DNA of 64,000 bases from an uncultured Planctomycetaceae bacterium (GTDB lineage Bacteria > Planctomycetota > Planctomycetia > Planctomycetales > Planctomycetaceae), in NCBI GenBank assembly GCA_963813715.1, contig CAWFAK010000017.1:1125249-1189248 (forward strand), given 5' to 3'. Every line of letters begins with the position of its first letter. Position 1 is the first letter of the stretch. Shown here piece after piece: positions 44,770 to 55,043 of this stretch. The notes beneath the pieces are model-generated. The model saw nothing but the letters and a program-made list of their open reading frames with translations, ran no database searches and was not told where the DNA came from. The position numbers and the translations under genes were made by a program.

Positions 44770-47700
44770 ATGATTCGACGCGGCCCGTCCTGCAAGCCAT
44801 ACCGGGTAATGATCGGGTTGGTGATCAGTTCATTGATCGCCAGTTCGTGCCAGCAAATGGATCTGATCGACGGCCCGATGGCCGACGGCAACGAGTCCGA
44901 GGCAGTTCCCGTCGTCCCACCGACCGTCGAGGATCTGGCGGCCGATCTCGATTCCCTCGAGCACAATATTGAACGGTACGGCAGCATCGTCGCCGAACAG
45001 CCGTCGGTGTGGGGACAGGCCCGCCTGACGATGTACCGCGAAGAGTTCGAAAAAACGATGCAGGCCCAGTTGACGCAATTCCACGCGACCTTGCAGGGAT
45101 CGCTCTCCCGGAGCGACCAGGCCTATGCCGCCGATGCCCTGGCATTGTCCTACACAGCGCAGGCGGCGGCTGCCGGAACTCCGGCCGGCAAGGGCAACAG
45201 CAAGAAGGGCGCAGCCACGTCCTCCAGCTCGTCGAGTTCCTCGATCAGCGGGACCTCCGGTGGCGGAGGTGGGGCCGCTGGTGGGGGCGGCGGCAGTGGA
45301 GGCGGCGGGTCCAGCGGCAGCGGCGCGGGCGGCAATTCGTCCTCGTCGGGGTCCGACGCGCAACTGGCCACCGGAGCATTCGACGGATTTAACAGCATTC
45401 AGCGGACGCCGGCCACGCTTGCCAGTCCGCTCGGTTTTGCCGGCGCGACGGGTGGGGGCGGAATCACGCTCGAGCCAACCGTCTATCTCGATCAGATGAA
45501 GCGTTACATCGACCATCTCCACGAGCTGCGGAGAATGAGCGACGGCGACGATACGGCCGACGCTCCGGGTTATTCGCTCAATCTGGTGCGGATTCCCGTG
45601 TCGGTGCTGCCGGGCCATCAGACACAGCAGCGTTACGGTGCGGACATCACTTTCACACTTCGGCCGCACTTGCACGACGAACTCTTGCCTATGACGTTTC
45701 GCAATCTGGTCGTCAATGACTTGATCGATCAGATCGGCGTGCCCCTCACGCAGACACTCAACGATCAGCAGTGGCAGCGGGCGATGACCGAGCTGTGGGC
45801 CTCGATCCAGGAACTCAACAAATGGTCGGGCAACGGCAGCGATCAGGATATCCGCCAACAGTTCATTAACCGCATCGCCGAGTCCATGGACGTCAACTAC
45901 ACCTGCCAGCCGCCAGGATCCGCAACGGCCGATTCGTCTCAGGGTCTGTCGAGCGCGCGGATGAACAAGGCGCTGGCGCACTACAAAGAGATTCAACACC
46001 GGTGCCAATACCTGGCTGTGCAGTCGTCGACGCGCTTGCGGACGGCCAGCCGTCCGTTTCCCCCCTCACAAATCATCGACATCTACGGCGCGCACGGCTG
46101 GGCCGAGATCGTCTGCACGGCCTGGCAACTGTTTTGCGCCGACGTGCCTAACAAGGACATCATCCATTATCCGGACGTGCAGAACTATCTGCAGGAAGAG
46201 CTGGGCGCGGCCTATGCCTTTCTGAAGGCCCCGGAATCGCGGCCGTTTTGGGAAATTTGTACGCCTGACTTCGCCAATGACGTGCACAGCCGCCGTTTAG
46301 GAGCACTCTACACGCGGCGCTGCGAATTCGAAAAGAATGCAGTCGCCGTGGCGAGCGCCGGCTCGCGAGCGGCGATTAACCCCGGCATGACGACCGCGCT
46401 CGCCTGGGCCATCCTGGTCGATTCGACGCTCCTCAATCAGCAGCTGATCGAGGACATGAAGCAGGCCCCGATCGCTCGCGGCGGCAATTTCGGGCCGCCG
46501 GCTTGCCCCCCCGATCGCTGGCCAGCGTACTTCCTGCCCGATCCCGGCAAACCCGAGCGGGTGGCCTTCAACGAATACGTGCGCTGCCGCTGGCCGCTGC
46601 ACGTCTTTGCCCTCGACCCGGAGGCCGACCAGGAAAACATCGCCGACACGTACAGCAGCCGGCGAGAAATGCAGCTGGCCATGTCGCTGGCCTTTGTCAG
46701 CGGAAGCTTGAGCGCCGAAAACATGTTCCGCTATGCGCGACGGCTGGAAACGGACATGGAGACGATTGCCATCAACAACACGGCGGTCGGCTTCTCGCAC
46801 GGTACCGAAACCTTCGGGTGGCGGTTTTATCCCCGTTACCAAACGCCCGACACACCCGGCAATCTCAAGGCTTGCCTGCAGGATTTCCTCTGCGGCGGTC
46901 CGGACCGCAAGGCCTTGTTGCGGCAGCGGCAACTCGAGCCAGGGATTCGCGAATGCGTGGCCATCGTCCTCATGCCGTCGTTCGTGCCGTACGCCGATCT
47001 CGACTCGAGCAGTAACTGGTTTGCTCTCGACAATCCGCGCCGCAAGCTGATGAACTCCAAAGCGGCAATTCGCTTGGGCGACCAGCTCAAGTTCATTCAA
47101 AACAGTGCGCAAATGGGCGCCAGCAATGTCCAATGCACCCGTGACGGCGACCTGGAACGCTTGATGCGCCGCGCCGACCAGCTGGAGGCTCGCCTGCCGC
47201 TGCAATCGATGTCGGTCCAGGTGCCTTACGAAAACACGCTCGGCGGCTTTGCCATGTTCAGCACGGGCGTGACCGACCTGGCGCCGGAACTCTTTGGCTG
47301 GTACGGCGCGCCGGCCATCAACCTCGATGCGCCGACGACGATCTTCCTCATCGGCAATCATTTCAGCGTGCACCAGACCCGCGTGCTCGTGGGTGGGCAA
47401 GAGGTTACGAATCAAGAAATGCTGAGCCGCCAGGTGATGAAAGTGACGATTCCGCCCAACGCGATCGCCCTGATCGAAAAGACAGGGACGATCGCCGGCG
47501 GCTGGCGACCGCCCTCCGTGCCGACCACGTTGCCCAATGCACAGACCAAGAGTCCCGCGGCGCTCGAAGATCGAGAGGCAAGTGCAGCGGACCAGGTTCT
47601 TCCCGCACGTTCTCCGGCGTCGTCGACGTCCACGGGGCCGACAGCCGCCGTGCCATCGCCGTCAACCGCAACATCTCACGAACAGACTCAAGCCGTCGGC

Positions 47701-49221
47701 AATTCGCAGATCGTGTCGACCGGTTATCCGGAAGAAGCCGCGGGCCACGCGACCACCGGCACACCCACGCCGACGCTGGCCGAATCGCAGCCCGGTATCT
47801 CGACTTTGTCCGCACCGTCCGAGTCCCCGACTCCCACAGCTTCTTCTCCCGAGTTCAGCAGCGTCGCACCGACCGTGGCCGCCCCGAGCGTAACCGCGCC
47901 GGCCGCGAGCACACGGACCGCGAGCCCCGTCGTGGCGGGTGCAACCGTCTCTCAGACACCAACAACGGCCGGTACCATGATTCCGTCCAGCGTGGCGGGC
48001 GCGACGACGATTTCGGCGCCTTCCGCCGCGCTGCTCAGTCTAGGTCGGGCCAGCACGCTGACCTTCTCGGCCGCCGCCGATCACGAAAACGGCATCGTGG
48101 TGACCGACCCGCAAAGAGGCGCGAACGATGTGAGCCTCACACTGAACGTCAACCACGGGTCGCTGACCTTGGCGATGACGGCAGCGCTGAACTTCACGGC
48201 CGGGGCGAACGGCACCAGTACGTTTACCGTGCAGGGGAAAGTTTCCGACTTAAACCAGGCGCTCGATGGCATGACCTATCTGCCGACGACCGGGTTCTCC
48301 GGCGCCGATTCCCTCACGATCTCGGTTACTGGCAAAGGAACGCCGTCGACCTGCAAAGCCAACGTGGCGATTACCGTCAACGCGGCCTATCCGGATTACA
48401 TTTATGTGGACGTGCAATTGGCCACGCCCTATGGCACAACGTCTCACTTGCTTGTGCCGGCCTGGCATTTGGGCAGGAACGGAACGGGCACTCTGCCAGT
48501 CCCCGTCGATCCGACCGCGACGGCGACCACTGGGGCGACCGGCACGGCCAGCGCCGCACAGCCGCAATGGGCCACGCCGACCTGGTTGGTCGACTACGTC
48601 ACCAAGGGAAGTGGAATCGCGCTCGCCACTCCGGCCGTCTACGCTCCGACGTCTCTGACATTGAATCTCGGGGCGAACTATCAGGTTCCCGCGGACGGAA
48701 ATGTCTCGCTCAAGATGACTCTCGCGGGCAAAGTTGGCGGCACGGCGTCCACGCTGACGGTGCCGCCGCTGATCGTCGCTGTCAAACCAGCGTCATCGGG
48801 GTCGGCGGGCGGCAATTACGACGCCTCGACTCACTTGCTCACGATCAGCGGCACGGATCTTAACAACCTGGCGACCGATCTATTCGCCGCGATCGGCACT
48901 GAGTTTGGCGCCGCCAACCCGGTCACTTCGACGAACAATTCGCTGACTCTGGCGACGACCGTTTCGGGAACCGGGCAGACGGACGAGAAGGTCAGCAATT
49001 CGCTGACGGTGACCCTGACGGCCGCCGCGCCGTCGCCGGGATCACCCTCGGGCGGCCCGTCGCCGGGCACATCCGCAGGCACATCGCCGTCAGGCACGCC
49101 GTCATCAGGTACTTCGGCATCAGGTACGCCGTCGTCGGGTCAGCCGTCATCCGGAACATCCTCCGGTAAGCCGTCCAAGCCCAAGTCGGTTCCGGGTACC
49201 GCCTCGACCGCGAGCAACTGA
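44770..49221 (+). CDS. 1483-aa hypothetical surface/lipoprotein candidate with Ser/Gly and Ser/Thr/Pro linkers, IPT/TIG-like and cadherin-like Ig domains
   Basis: Uninterrupted 4.4-kb ORF; hydrophobic N-terminus ending IASSC; TIFLIGNHFS..RVLVGG..VTIP and VDVQLATPYG (IPT-like); SLTLNVNHGSLTL..DLNQALDGMTYLPTTGFSGADSLTISV (adhesin Ig-like). Confidence 0.75.
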   Translation: MIRRGPSCKPYRVMIGLVISSLIASSCQQMDLIDGPMADGNESEAVPVVPPTVEDLAADLDSLEHNIERYGSIVAEQPSVWGQARLTMYREEFEKTMQAQLTQFHATLQGSLSRSDQAYAADALALSYTAQAAAAGTPAGKGNSKKGAATSSSSSSSSISGTSGGGGGAAGGGGGSGGGGSSGSGAGGNSSSSGSDAQLATGAFDGFNSIQRTPATLASPLGFAGATGGGGITLEPTVYLDQMKRYIDHLHELRRMSDGDDTADAPGYSLNLVRIPVSVLPGHQTQQRYGADITFTLRPHLHDELLPMTFRNLVVNDLIDQIGVPLTQTLNDQQWQRAMTELWASIQELNKWSGNGSDQDIRQQFINRIAESMDVNYTCQPPGSATADSSQGLSSARMNKALAHYKEIQHRCQYLAVQSSTRLRTASRPFPPSQIIDIYGAHGWAEIVCTAWQLFCADVPNKDIIHYPDVQNYLQEELGAAYAFLKAPESRPFWEICTPDFANDVHSRRLGALYTRRCEFEKNAVAVASAGSRAAINPGMTTALAWAILVDSTLLNQQLIEDMKQAPIARGGNFGPPACPPDRWPAYFLPDPGKPERVAFNEYVRCRWPLHVFALDPEADQENIADTYSSRREMQLAMSLAFVSGSLSAENMFRYARRLETDMETIAINNTAVGFSHGTETFGWRFYPRYQTPDTPGNLKACLQDFLCGGPDRKALLRQRQLEPGIRECVAIVLMPSFVPYADLDSSSNWFALDNPRRKLMNSKAAIRLGDQLKFIQNSAQMGASNVQCTRDGDLERLMRRADQLEARLPLQSMSVQVPYENTLGGFAMFSTGVTDLAPELFGWYGAPAINLDAPTTIFLIGNHFSVHQTRVLVGGQEVTNQEMLSRQVMKVTIPPNAIALIEKTGTIAGGWRPPSVPTTLPNAQTKSPAALEDREASAADQVLPARSPASSTSTGPTAAVPSPSTATSHEQTQAVGNSQIVSTGYPEEAAGHATTGTPTPTLAESQPGISTLSAPSESPTPTASSPEFSSVAPTVAAPSVTAPAASTRTASPVVAGATVSQTPTTAGTMIPSSVAGATTISAPSAALLSLGRASTLTFSAAADHENGIVVTDPQRGANDVSLTLNVNHGSLTLAMTAALNFTAGANGTSTFTVQGKVSDLNQALDGMTYLPTTGFSGADSLTISVTGKGTPSTCKANVAITVNAAYPDYIYVDVQLATPYGTTSHLLVPAWHLGRNGTGTLPVPVDPTATATTGATGTASAAQPQWATPTWLVDYVTKGSGIALATPAVYAPTSLTLNLGANYQVPADGNVSLKMTLAGKVGGTASTLTVPPLIVAVKPASSGSAGGNYDASTHLLTISGTDLNNLATDLFAAIGTEFGAANPVTSTNNSLTLATTVSGTGQTDEKVSNSLTVTLTAAAPSPGSPSGGPSPGTSAGTSPSGTPSSGTSASGTPSSGQPSSGTSSGKPSKPKSVPGTASTASN
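49090..49161 (+). repeat. Degenerate 15-bp coding tandem repeat (SGTPS-like x ~5)
   Basis: TCAGGCACGCCGTCA TCAGGTACTTCGGCA TCAGGTACGCCGTCG TCGGGTCAGCCGTCA TCCGGAACATCC. Confidence 0.7.
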
Positions 49222-49254
49222 CCTCATTAACGTGGCGAGCGGAGAAGAAGTCTC

Positions 49255-49599
49255 TTACCAACGGGTGCCGCAATCCGGCAGGCCGTCGACCGAGAGCCGA
49301 TACACGTACGTCGCGACATTTGCGCCGTCGTGGGGCGGCAACACCTCAATCGGCTCGCGCGCGTAGAGGCCTTGTTCGACGCCCTCGACCTGGTCCAACA
49401 CGCGGAGGCACGCTTCGTCGACTTCCCAAAGTTCTCCCTCGATCGAGTGACCGTTGTCGCGGCGCACGAGGGCGGGATAGTCGCCCACGCTAAACAGACG
49501 GTAGGCCGGCACCGTGGCAACCGACGCGATTAAGGTCTGCCCCGCCAGATAGCGATGTCGAGGCTCACCCCGCTTGAGTGTGCCATAGACGAATAGCAA
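49255..49599 (-). CDS. Gamma-glutamylcyclotransferase family (YtfP/GGACT-like)
   Basis: LFVYGTLKRG, YPAL, IEGELW, LDQVEG..Y.R; true start may be the ATG at 49630 across a 1-bp frameshift. Confidence 0.88.
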   Translation of the reverse strand: MLFVYGTLKRGEPRHRYLAGQTLIASVATVPAYRLFSVGDYPALVRRDNGHSIEGELWEVDEACLRVLDQVEGVEQGLYAREPIEVLPPHDGANVATYVYRLSVDGLPDCGTRW

Positions 49600-49626
49600 C
49601 GTTCTTGGTCGCCGGCCGCGGCTCGT

Positions 49627-50466
49627 TCATTGCGCCGACAATTCGATTCCCCGGTCGCGCATCAGGAATTTCATGTCTTCCCAGACGTCTTTCTTGGCGG
49701 CCGGATTTCGCAACAGATACGCGGGGTGATACGTACAGACGACCTTGGCGCGGCCGTATTGAAAGAGGCGACCGCGGAGCTTGCCGATTGAATCGGCCAT
49801 GCCCAACAGATTCTTGGCGGCAACGCTCCCCAGGCAGACGATGTGATCGGGATCGACGAGTTCAATTTGGCCGTCGAGATACTCGCGGCAATTCGCGGCC
49901 TCGTCGGGGAGCGGATTGCGGTTGCCGGGCGGCCGGCATCGCAGAATGTTGCAGATATAAACATCGGACCGCCTGAGCCGCGACGCTTCGAGAATTCGAT
50001 TGAGCAGTTGCCCCGCCGCGCCAACGAACGGCTCGCCCAGGCGATCTTCATCCGCCCCCGGGGCTTCCCCGACGAACATGATGTCGGCTTCGGGGTTGCC
50101 AACGCCGAATACCGTCTGGGTGCGTGCGCGAGCCAGCTCCTGACAGCGCGTGCAGAGTGCCACGCGGGCAGCGATCGCCCGTAGTCGCTCCTCTCGCTCG
50201 GTCCGTGGCAGGCTCGAAGGCTTCGCTGCAAAAAGCGACGCTGCCGGCGCCGCGGTGACGCCGGAGTCAGCGGTAGCTTTTGCTGCGGTACTCGCCCCTT
50301 TGAGTGGCGGCGCGGCGCTCGGCGGCGACGGAGCTCCGGCAGCAGCGACCGACGGCGGGGGCTGGGCGGGTAGACGTGCCGAACGAGAGACCCGGGTCAC
50401 GCCGGCCGCCTTCAGGCTGGCCAGCTGTTGGGCGGCTGCGCGCCGCGGGGCCGAACTTTTCGCCAT
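49627..50466 (-). CDS. udg: Uracil-DNA glycosylase family 4 (Fe-S)
   Basis: [49 protein letters not shown]. Confidence 0.93.
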   Translation of the reverse strand: MAKSSAPRRAAAQQLASLKAAGVTRVSRSARLPAQPPPSVAAAGAPSPPSAAPPLKGASTAAKATADSGVTAAPAASLFAAKPSSLPRTEREERLRAIAARVALCTRCQELARARTQTVFGVGNPEADIMFVGEAPGADEDRLGEPFVGAAGQLLNRILEASRLRRSDVYICNILRCRPPGNRNPLPDEAANCREYLDGQIELVDPDHIVCLGSVAAKNLLGMADSIGKLRGRLFQYGRAKVVCTYHPAYLLRNPAAKKDVWEDMKFLMRDRGIELSAQ

Positions 50467-50495
50467 CTAGTCGACATCCTGCCGATCGGCGTGGA

Positions 50496-51833
50496 CTATT
50501 GGGTGCTTGAGGTTTTGAACGGTCCGGCTGTCTGCTTGACTCCCCACCAACGGCGCCAGGCGTCTTTGTCGAACCCGAAGGATTGCCTCGTGATCGACTG
50601 CAGGGCCGCGAGCACCTCGGCATTGCGATACTCGTGGTCGACGACCACCGTTTTCACGTTCGCGCCCGCTAGCGGCCCCGGCGGCGTGATGACTTGCACG
50701 CCGTTAGGATATTGGCCGGTGGCCAGCTTGGCGTAGAAGTCGGGTGGCAAACCGCCAGTCGGCCCGCCACCACGGCTGAAACCGTAGGTGTTCGAATTAT
50801 CGACCACTTGCGTGGGAATACCGTGCGTCGTGATCAGCGCGTCGATCAGCTGTGGGATGACCGATGCATCGCCGATCTTCTCGAGCAATAGCCCCGAGCG
50901 GCGGACGATCTCATTGTCCCCATTATGCAACTGGCGAGCGATAAGGCCTGCGGCCGTCGCGTTGTGCGGATGCTCGACGATGGCTTCCTGTGCCGCGACA
51001 CGGACGGACTTGGAGGGGTCGAAGAGCGACACATCGACAAGGGAGGGAGTGGCCGCCGTCATGTCGGGCATGCCCGACATGACGTGGACGTAGAACTCGC
51101 GGACGCTCTCGTCGTTGCTCGAGAGCATCACGCGGTTGAGCGCGGGAATCGCTTCCGCGTCAGAGATCTTGAGCAGCGTCTCTGAACCCCGGCGGCGACG
51201 TTCGGGATCGCTGGACGCCAGTGAACGAACGGCGGTCCGCACGCGCTCGAGCCAGTCCTGGTCCTGTCGCTTGCGCTGATGCGCCTTCTTGAGGATCTCG
51301 ACTTCCTGCTGGGCGACGTACTTGCCCTCGAACTTTACGAAACCGCGGGCTCGCATTTCTTCGTCGTACGAGCGCCACTGGCCGTCGTGCTTGGTCTGAC
51401 CCAGCCCCTGGCGAGCCGGCAAATGATCGGGATCGATCGCCACCACGGCCCGCAGGGCTTCTTCGCGCTGCGTGCGGAGGCCACGGGCTTTGCACCATTC
51501 CGCTAGGCGCCATTGCGAATCGACATCGTTCGCGGTGTGCCGCTTCCGCATCTCGTACTCTTCGAGCACGAAAGAGCGCTTAGAAATGATGGCGACGTCG
51601 GCCGAGTTGAAAATGAGACGAGCACCGGTCAACGTCGACACGGCAACTAGATGGGCCGCCTGCTCGCGCTCTTCCTTCGAACTCGGACGGTGTCCCAACG
51701 CGGCCGTGGCATCGAGCACCCGCCCGCGGATGAGGGCTCCCGTGCGTAGCGTGACCGTGTCGGCCCGGCACAATAACGGGCCGATAGCGAGGATGAGAAC
51801 GGCGATGAGGCTGCGGCCGCAGACCCTATGCAT
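50496..51833 (-). CDS. Secreted HEAT-repeat protein
   Basis: Signal peptide ending CRA-DTVTLRTG; LAEWC..GL, IDPDH..AR..LG; HEAT-like helices; LQSITRQSFGFDKDAWRRWW tail. Confidence 0.75.
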   Translation of the reverse strand: MHRVCGRSLIAVLILAIGPLLCRADTVTLRTGALIRGRVLDATAALGHRPSSKEEREQAAHLVAVSTLTGARLIFNSADVAIISKRSFVLEEYEMRKRHTANDVDSQWRLAEWCKARGLRTQREEALRAVVAIDPDHLPARQGLGQTKHDGQWRSYDEEMRARGFVKFEGKYVAQQEVEILKKAHQRKRQDQDWLERVRTAVRSLASSDPERRRRGSETLLKISDAEAIPALNRVMLSSNDESVREFYVHVMSGMPDMTAATPSLVDVSLFDPSKSVRVAAQEAIVEHPHNATAAGLIARQLHNGDNEIVRRSGLLLEKIGDASVIPQLIDALITTHGIPTQVVDNSNTYGFSRGGGPTGGLPPDFYAKLATGQYPNGVQVITPPGPLAGANVKTVVVDHEYRNAEVLAALQSITRQSFGFDKDAWRRWWGVKQTAGPFKTSSTQ

Positions 51834-52181
51834 CCGCCGGCACCGCGCTCGATCATCGCCAGAATTTCGGCATCGTGCCGGTCTTAGTCTGGTCTGCCCT
51901 CGCATACCTATCGTCCTGCGAACGGGACCCGCGGTCGACTTTCTATCTCTCGGTTTTAGCACGCTGTCGAAGCAAAGTCCAAGGGGGCGGCCCTAACTCC
52001 TTGCGGCGCAGGCTCCAGCGGCGGACAAGATCGCGGCGCAGACCGCGTGGTGGGCACAGATTGACATTTTCGCTCTGTGATCGCTCTGTTACGATCCCGC
52101 CCCTCTTCCCGTCTTTCTTTCGTCAATCTCTCGTTTCCCACGGAACGGCGCCGACTTCCGGCCGCTGCCTTTTCACCTCCG

Positions 52182-53642
52182 ATGACGGACATCGCCGTCG
52201 CAGAGTCTTCGATTGCGGAGACGATCTGGGCCTTCCCCGATCCGCTTTCCCACGCGGAAAGGCGATCGACGTCGCGCGCGGTGCAATTGCGTCGCGACAT
52301 GCGGTCGAGCCTGGGAGATGCGGCCGGTTCGGGACTGATGGTCGGCACGGGGGAGACATACCTGCCGGCCTTCGTGCTCGCGGCCGGACTCGGCGAAGTG
52401 CTGGCCGGGTTGATCGCCAGCCTCCCGCAGTTGGCCGGCGGCATCATGCAGCTGGTCGCTCCCCATGGCGTCGGAATGGTCCGGTCCCATCGGAAGTGGG
52501 TCGTCATTTGCGCAACCGTCCAAGCGATGGCTTTCGTGCCATTGGCGCTGGCCGCGTGGCACGGCAGCACGACCACGTGGCTCGTATTGGCAGCCGCAAT
52601 CTTGTATTGGAGCGCCGGTCTGGCGTCGGGCCCGCCTTGGAACACCTGGATGGGCAGTCTGATTCCGGGTTGCATCCGCCCGCGGTATTTCGCTCGGCGG
52701 ACGCGCATGCAACAGGCTGCCGTGTTGACCGGATTCCTCGTCAGCGGCCTGGCGATCGCCTATGGAGCGTCGCCCAAAAACGCGCTGGCCGGTTTTGCGC
52801 TGTTGTTCGGACTGGCGGTCGTGAGTCGCCTCGCCTCGGTGGCGTGTCTGGCGCGAACGAGCGAGCCCGATCCGCTTCCGGCAAACATTCGTTCACTGCG
52901 CTGGCCCGCGCTGTTGCGACGCTTTTCACGCGGCGGCGAGGCACAGCGGCTGACTTATCTTTCGTTTGTGCAGGCGGCGGCCTATTTCGCCGGCCCCTAT
53001 TTCGCGCCCTTCATGCTATGCGTGCTCAAGCTTTCGTACGGCGAATATGTGGTGCTGATCTCCGCCGCCTACGTGGCGCGAGTGCTGTCGCTCCCGTTTT
53101 GGGGCGGCGTGGCGGCTCGCTTCGGCACACGGAGGCTGCTGTGGATTGGCGGGCTGGGAATTGTCCCCTCGGCCGGCATCTGGTTGTTCTCCGATCGCCT
53201 CTGGTATCTGATCCTAGTCCAGTTCTTCAGCGGCGCCGTGTGGGCAGCCTATGAGTTGGCCGTTTCGCTGATCAGCGTGAATTGCGTCCGAGCGGAAGAA
53301 CGCACCAGCGTGCTCACGGTTTTCAATCTGGCGACCACCGCCGGAATGGTCGCCGGATCGCTCTTGGGAGGCGGCGTGCTGATCGTCTTCGGAGAGAGCC
53401 GCGAAATTTACTACCTGCTCTTCGCCGGCTCGTCCCTCTTACGTCTGGGAGCGCTTTATTTCTTGCCGCGAATTCCGGCCCGGCTGCTCGAGCGGCTACC
53501 AGCGAACTCTCTGCGGCAGAGAGTCGAAACTCCCGACGTGTTGCCCGAAGCGGCGTTCGTCGCCGTCGGCCCGGCCGATCCAGAAGCCAGCGGTACGATT
53601 TGGACAGAGCCGCTTGGCGAACTTTTGTGTCAGTCCGCCTGA
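52182..53642 (+). CDS. MFS transporter
   Basis: About 12 TM helices, GETYLPAF, PPWNTWMGSLIP..RPRYFARR, WGGVAARFGTRR. Confidence 0.85.
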   Translation: MTDIAVAESSIAETIWAFPDPLSHAERRSTSRAVQLRRDMRSSLGDAAGSGLMVGTGETYLPAFVLAAGLGEVLAGLIASLPQLAGGIMQLVAPHGVGMVRSHRKWVVICATVQAMAFVPLALAAWHGSTTTWLVLAAAILYWSAGLASGPPWNTWMGSLIPGCIRPRYFARRTRMQQAAVLTGFLVSGLAIAYGASPKNALAGFALLFGLAVVSRLASVACLARTSEPDPLPANIRSLRWPALLRRFSRGGEAQRLTYLSFVQAAAYFAGPYFAPFMLCVLKLSYGEYVVLISAAYVARVLSLPFWGGVAARFGTRRLLWIGGLGIVPSAGIWLFSDRLWYLILVQFFSGAVWAAYELAVSLISVNCVRAEERTSVLTVFNLATTAGMVAGSLLGGGVLIVFGESREIYYLLFAGSSLLRLGALYFLPRIPARLLERLPANSLRQRVETPDVLPEAAFVAVGPADPEASGTIWTEPLGELLCQSA

Positions 53643-53675
53643 CCGTCAAATCTTGCCCCCGCTCGGCCGCCGGAG

Positions 53676-55043
53676 TTACTCGTCGGCTGGTTTTGTTTTA
53701 GGCTTCGTTGTCTTCTTGGCCGGAGGCGTCTTGCTGGCGGGCTTCGCCGTCGCGGCGGCCGGAGCCGCGTCCGCGTCGGGCTTGTCCGTCGATTCTTCGG
53801 CTTCTTCGCCTTTCTTCGAAGCGCCCTTTTTGGCCGGACCCTTACCCGCGTCTTCCGGCGCAATCTCCGGCTCGACCGGACGCTTCTCCGGCTGCTTATG
53901 GAACAGCGGATAGTCTCGGTCGCGTTCCCGCAGGCAGAGCACGAGTCCTCGTTCGGACGCGAGATACAACCGGTCGGTGCGATCGTTCGCGACCCGCACA
54001 GGGAAGCCCCGCAGAGAGAAAGAGCCCAGGTGCCGACCATTGCTCCGGTTCAGCAGCAGAACTTCGTCGACGTACCCCGACGCGTAGACGACCGACGGAG
54101 TGGCCGCCAAAAAGCGGACTGCCTGGCGGTCGTTCCAGAGCTCGCGTCCGTCTTGCGCGGCGAGGCACCGCATTCCGCCGCCGTCCGTGCAGATGAAGAC
54201 GTGTTCGTCGATGATCCGCGGTTGCTGCCGCACGTGCAGACCCGCGAGGATTTCCCACTTCAGGGCGCCGGTTTCCGCATTCAGGCTGTAAACCTTCATA
54301 TCCTTCGTGGCCACGACAATCTGATTGCCGAGTTGACCAATCGGCGCTCCCAACGGCTGATCGGTCTCGAATTGGAATCGCGTCTTGTGGTCCTTGGCGA
54401 CCAGGCCGTAAAGCGAGCCGTCTTCACTGGGGATGCACACGACTGTCCCAGTCGACACGGGCGCGTAGGGCACGCGGCCGCCCGTGCGATAGGTCCACTT
54501 GATGGCGCGATACATGTATTTCCGCAAACTGATATCTTTCGCCAGCCCGCTGAGATACTTCAGATCGAAAGCGAAGATGCTGCCGTCGATGGAGCCGACG
54601 TATGCGAATTGCTCGTCAGTCGCCGCGGGGGTCGAAGGAGCGTTCGGACAATCGGCCTCCCAAACGACATCGCCGTTCCGTTTGTCGAGCCCGAAGACCT
54701 TGCGCCCGCTGACGATGATCACGGCCTGCTCGGTCGTGGTGGGTGCGAAGCGAGTATCGGTTGCGGCTCCGACCTGCACGGCCCAGCGCCGCCGACCCGT
54801 CGCGTTATCGAAGGCGGTCACCATGCCGGTCTGCGACTCGACGACCGTGACCTGCTCGTCACTCATGAAATACTTCACGCGGTCGCGGACCGAGTCGATT
54901 GTCGCGTAGCCCATCCACGCCGTCGTCAGACCCAAGCGGCCGAGCGAACTCTCGGTGGGAAGTACGACGGCTTGACCGAGCGCGTTTCCCGCCCACCCGA
55001 GGATCAAAATCCAGGCACTTGCCACCAGACGACGCTGCAGCAT
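53676..55043 (-). CDS. PQQ-like/BamB-family beta-propeller protein with K/A/P-rich tail
   Basis: Signal peptide; repeats AFDNATGRRRW, GLDKRNGDVVW, SLNAETGALKW, CLAAQDGRELW. Confidence 0.8.
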   Translation of the reverse strand: MLQRRLVASAWILILGWAGNALGQAVVLPTESSLGRLGLTTAWMGYATIDSVRDRVKYFMSDEQVTVVESQTGMVTAFDNATGRRRWAVQVGAATDTRFAPTTTEQAVIIVSGRKVFGLDKRNGDVVWEADCPNAPSTPAATDEQFAYVGSIDGSIFAFDLKYLSGLAKDISLRKYMYRAIKWTYRTGGRVPYAPVSTGTVVCIPSEDGSLYGLVAKDHKTRFQFETDQPLGAPIGQLGNQIVVATKDMKVYSLNAETGALKWEILAGLHVRQQPRIIDEHVFICTDGGGMRCLAAQDGRELWNDRQAVRFLAATPSVVYASGYVDEVLLLNRSNGRHLGSFSLRGFPVRVANDRTDRLYLASERGLVLCLRERDRDYPLFHKQPEKRPVEPEIAPEDAGKGPAKKGASKKGEEAEESTDKPDADAAPAAATAKPASKTPPAKKTTKPKTKPADE

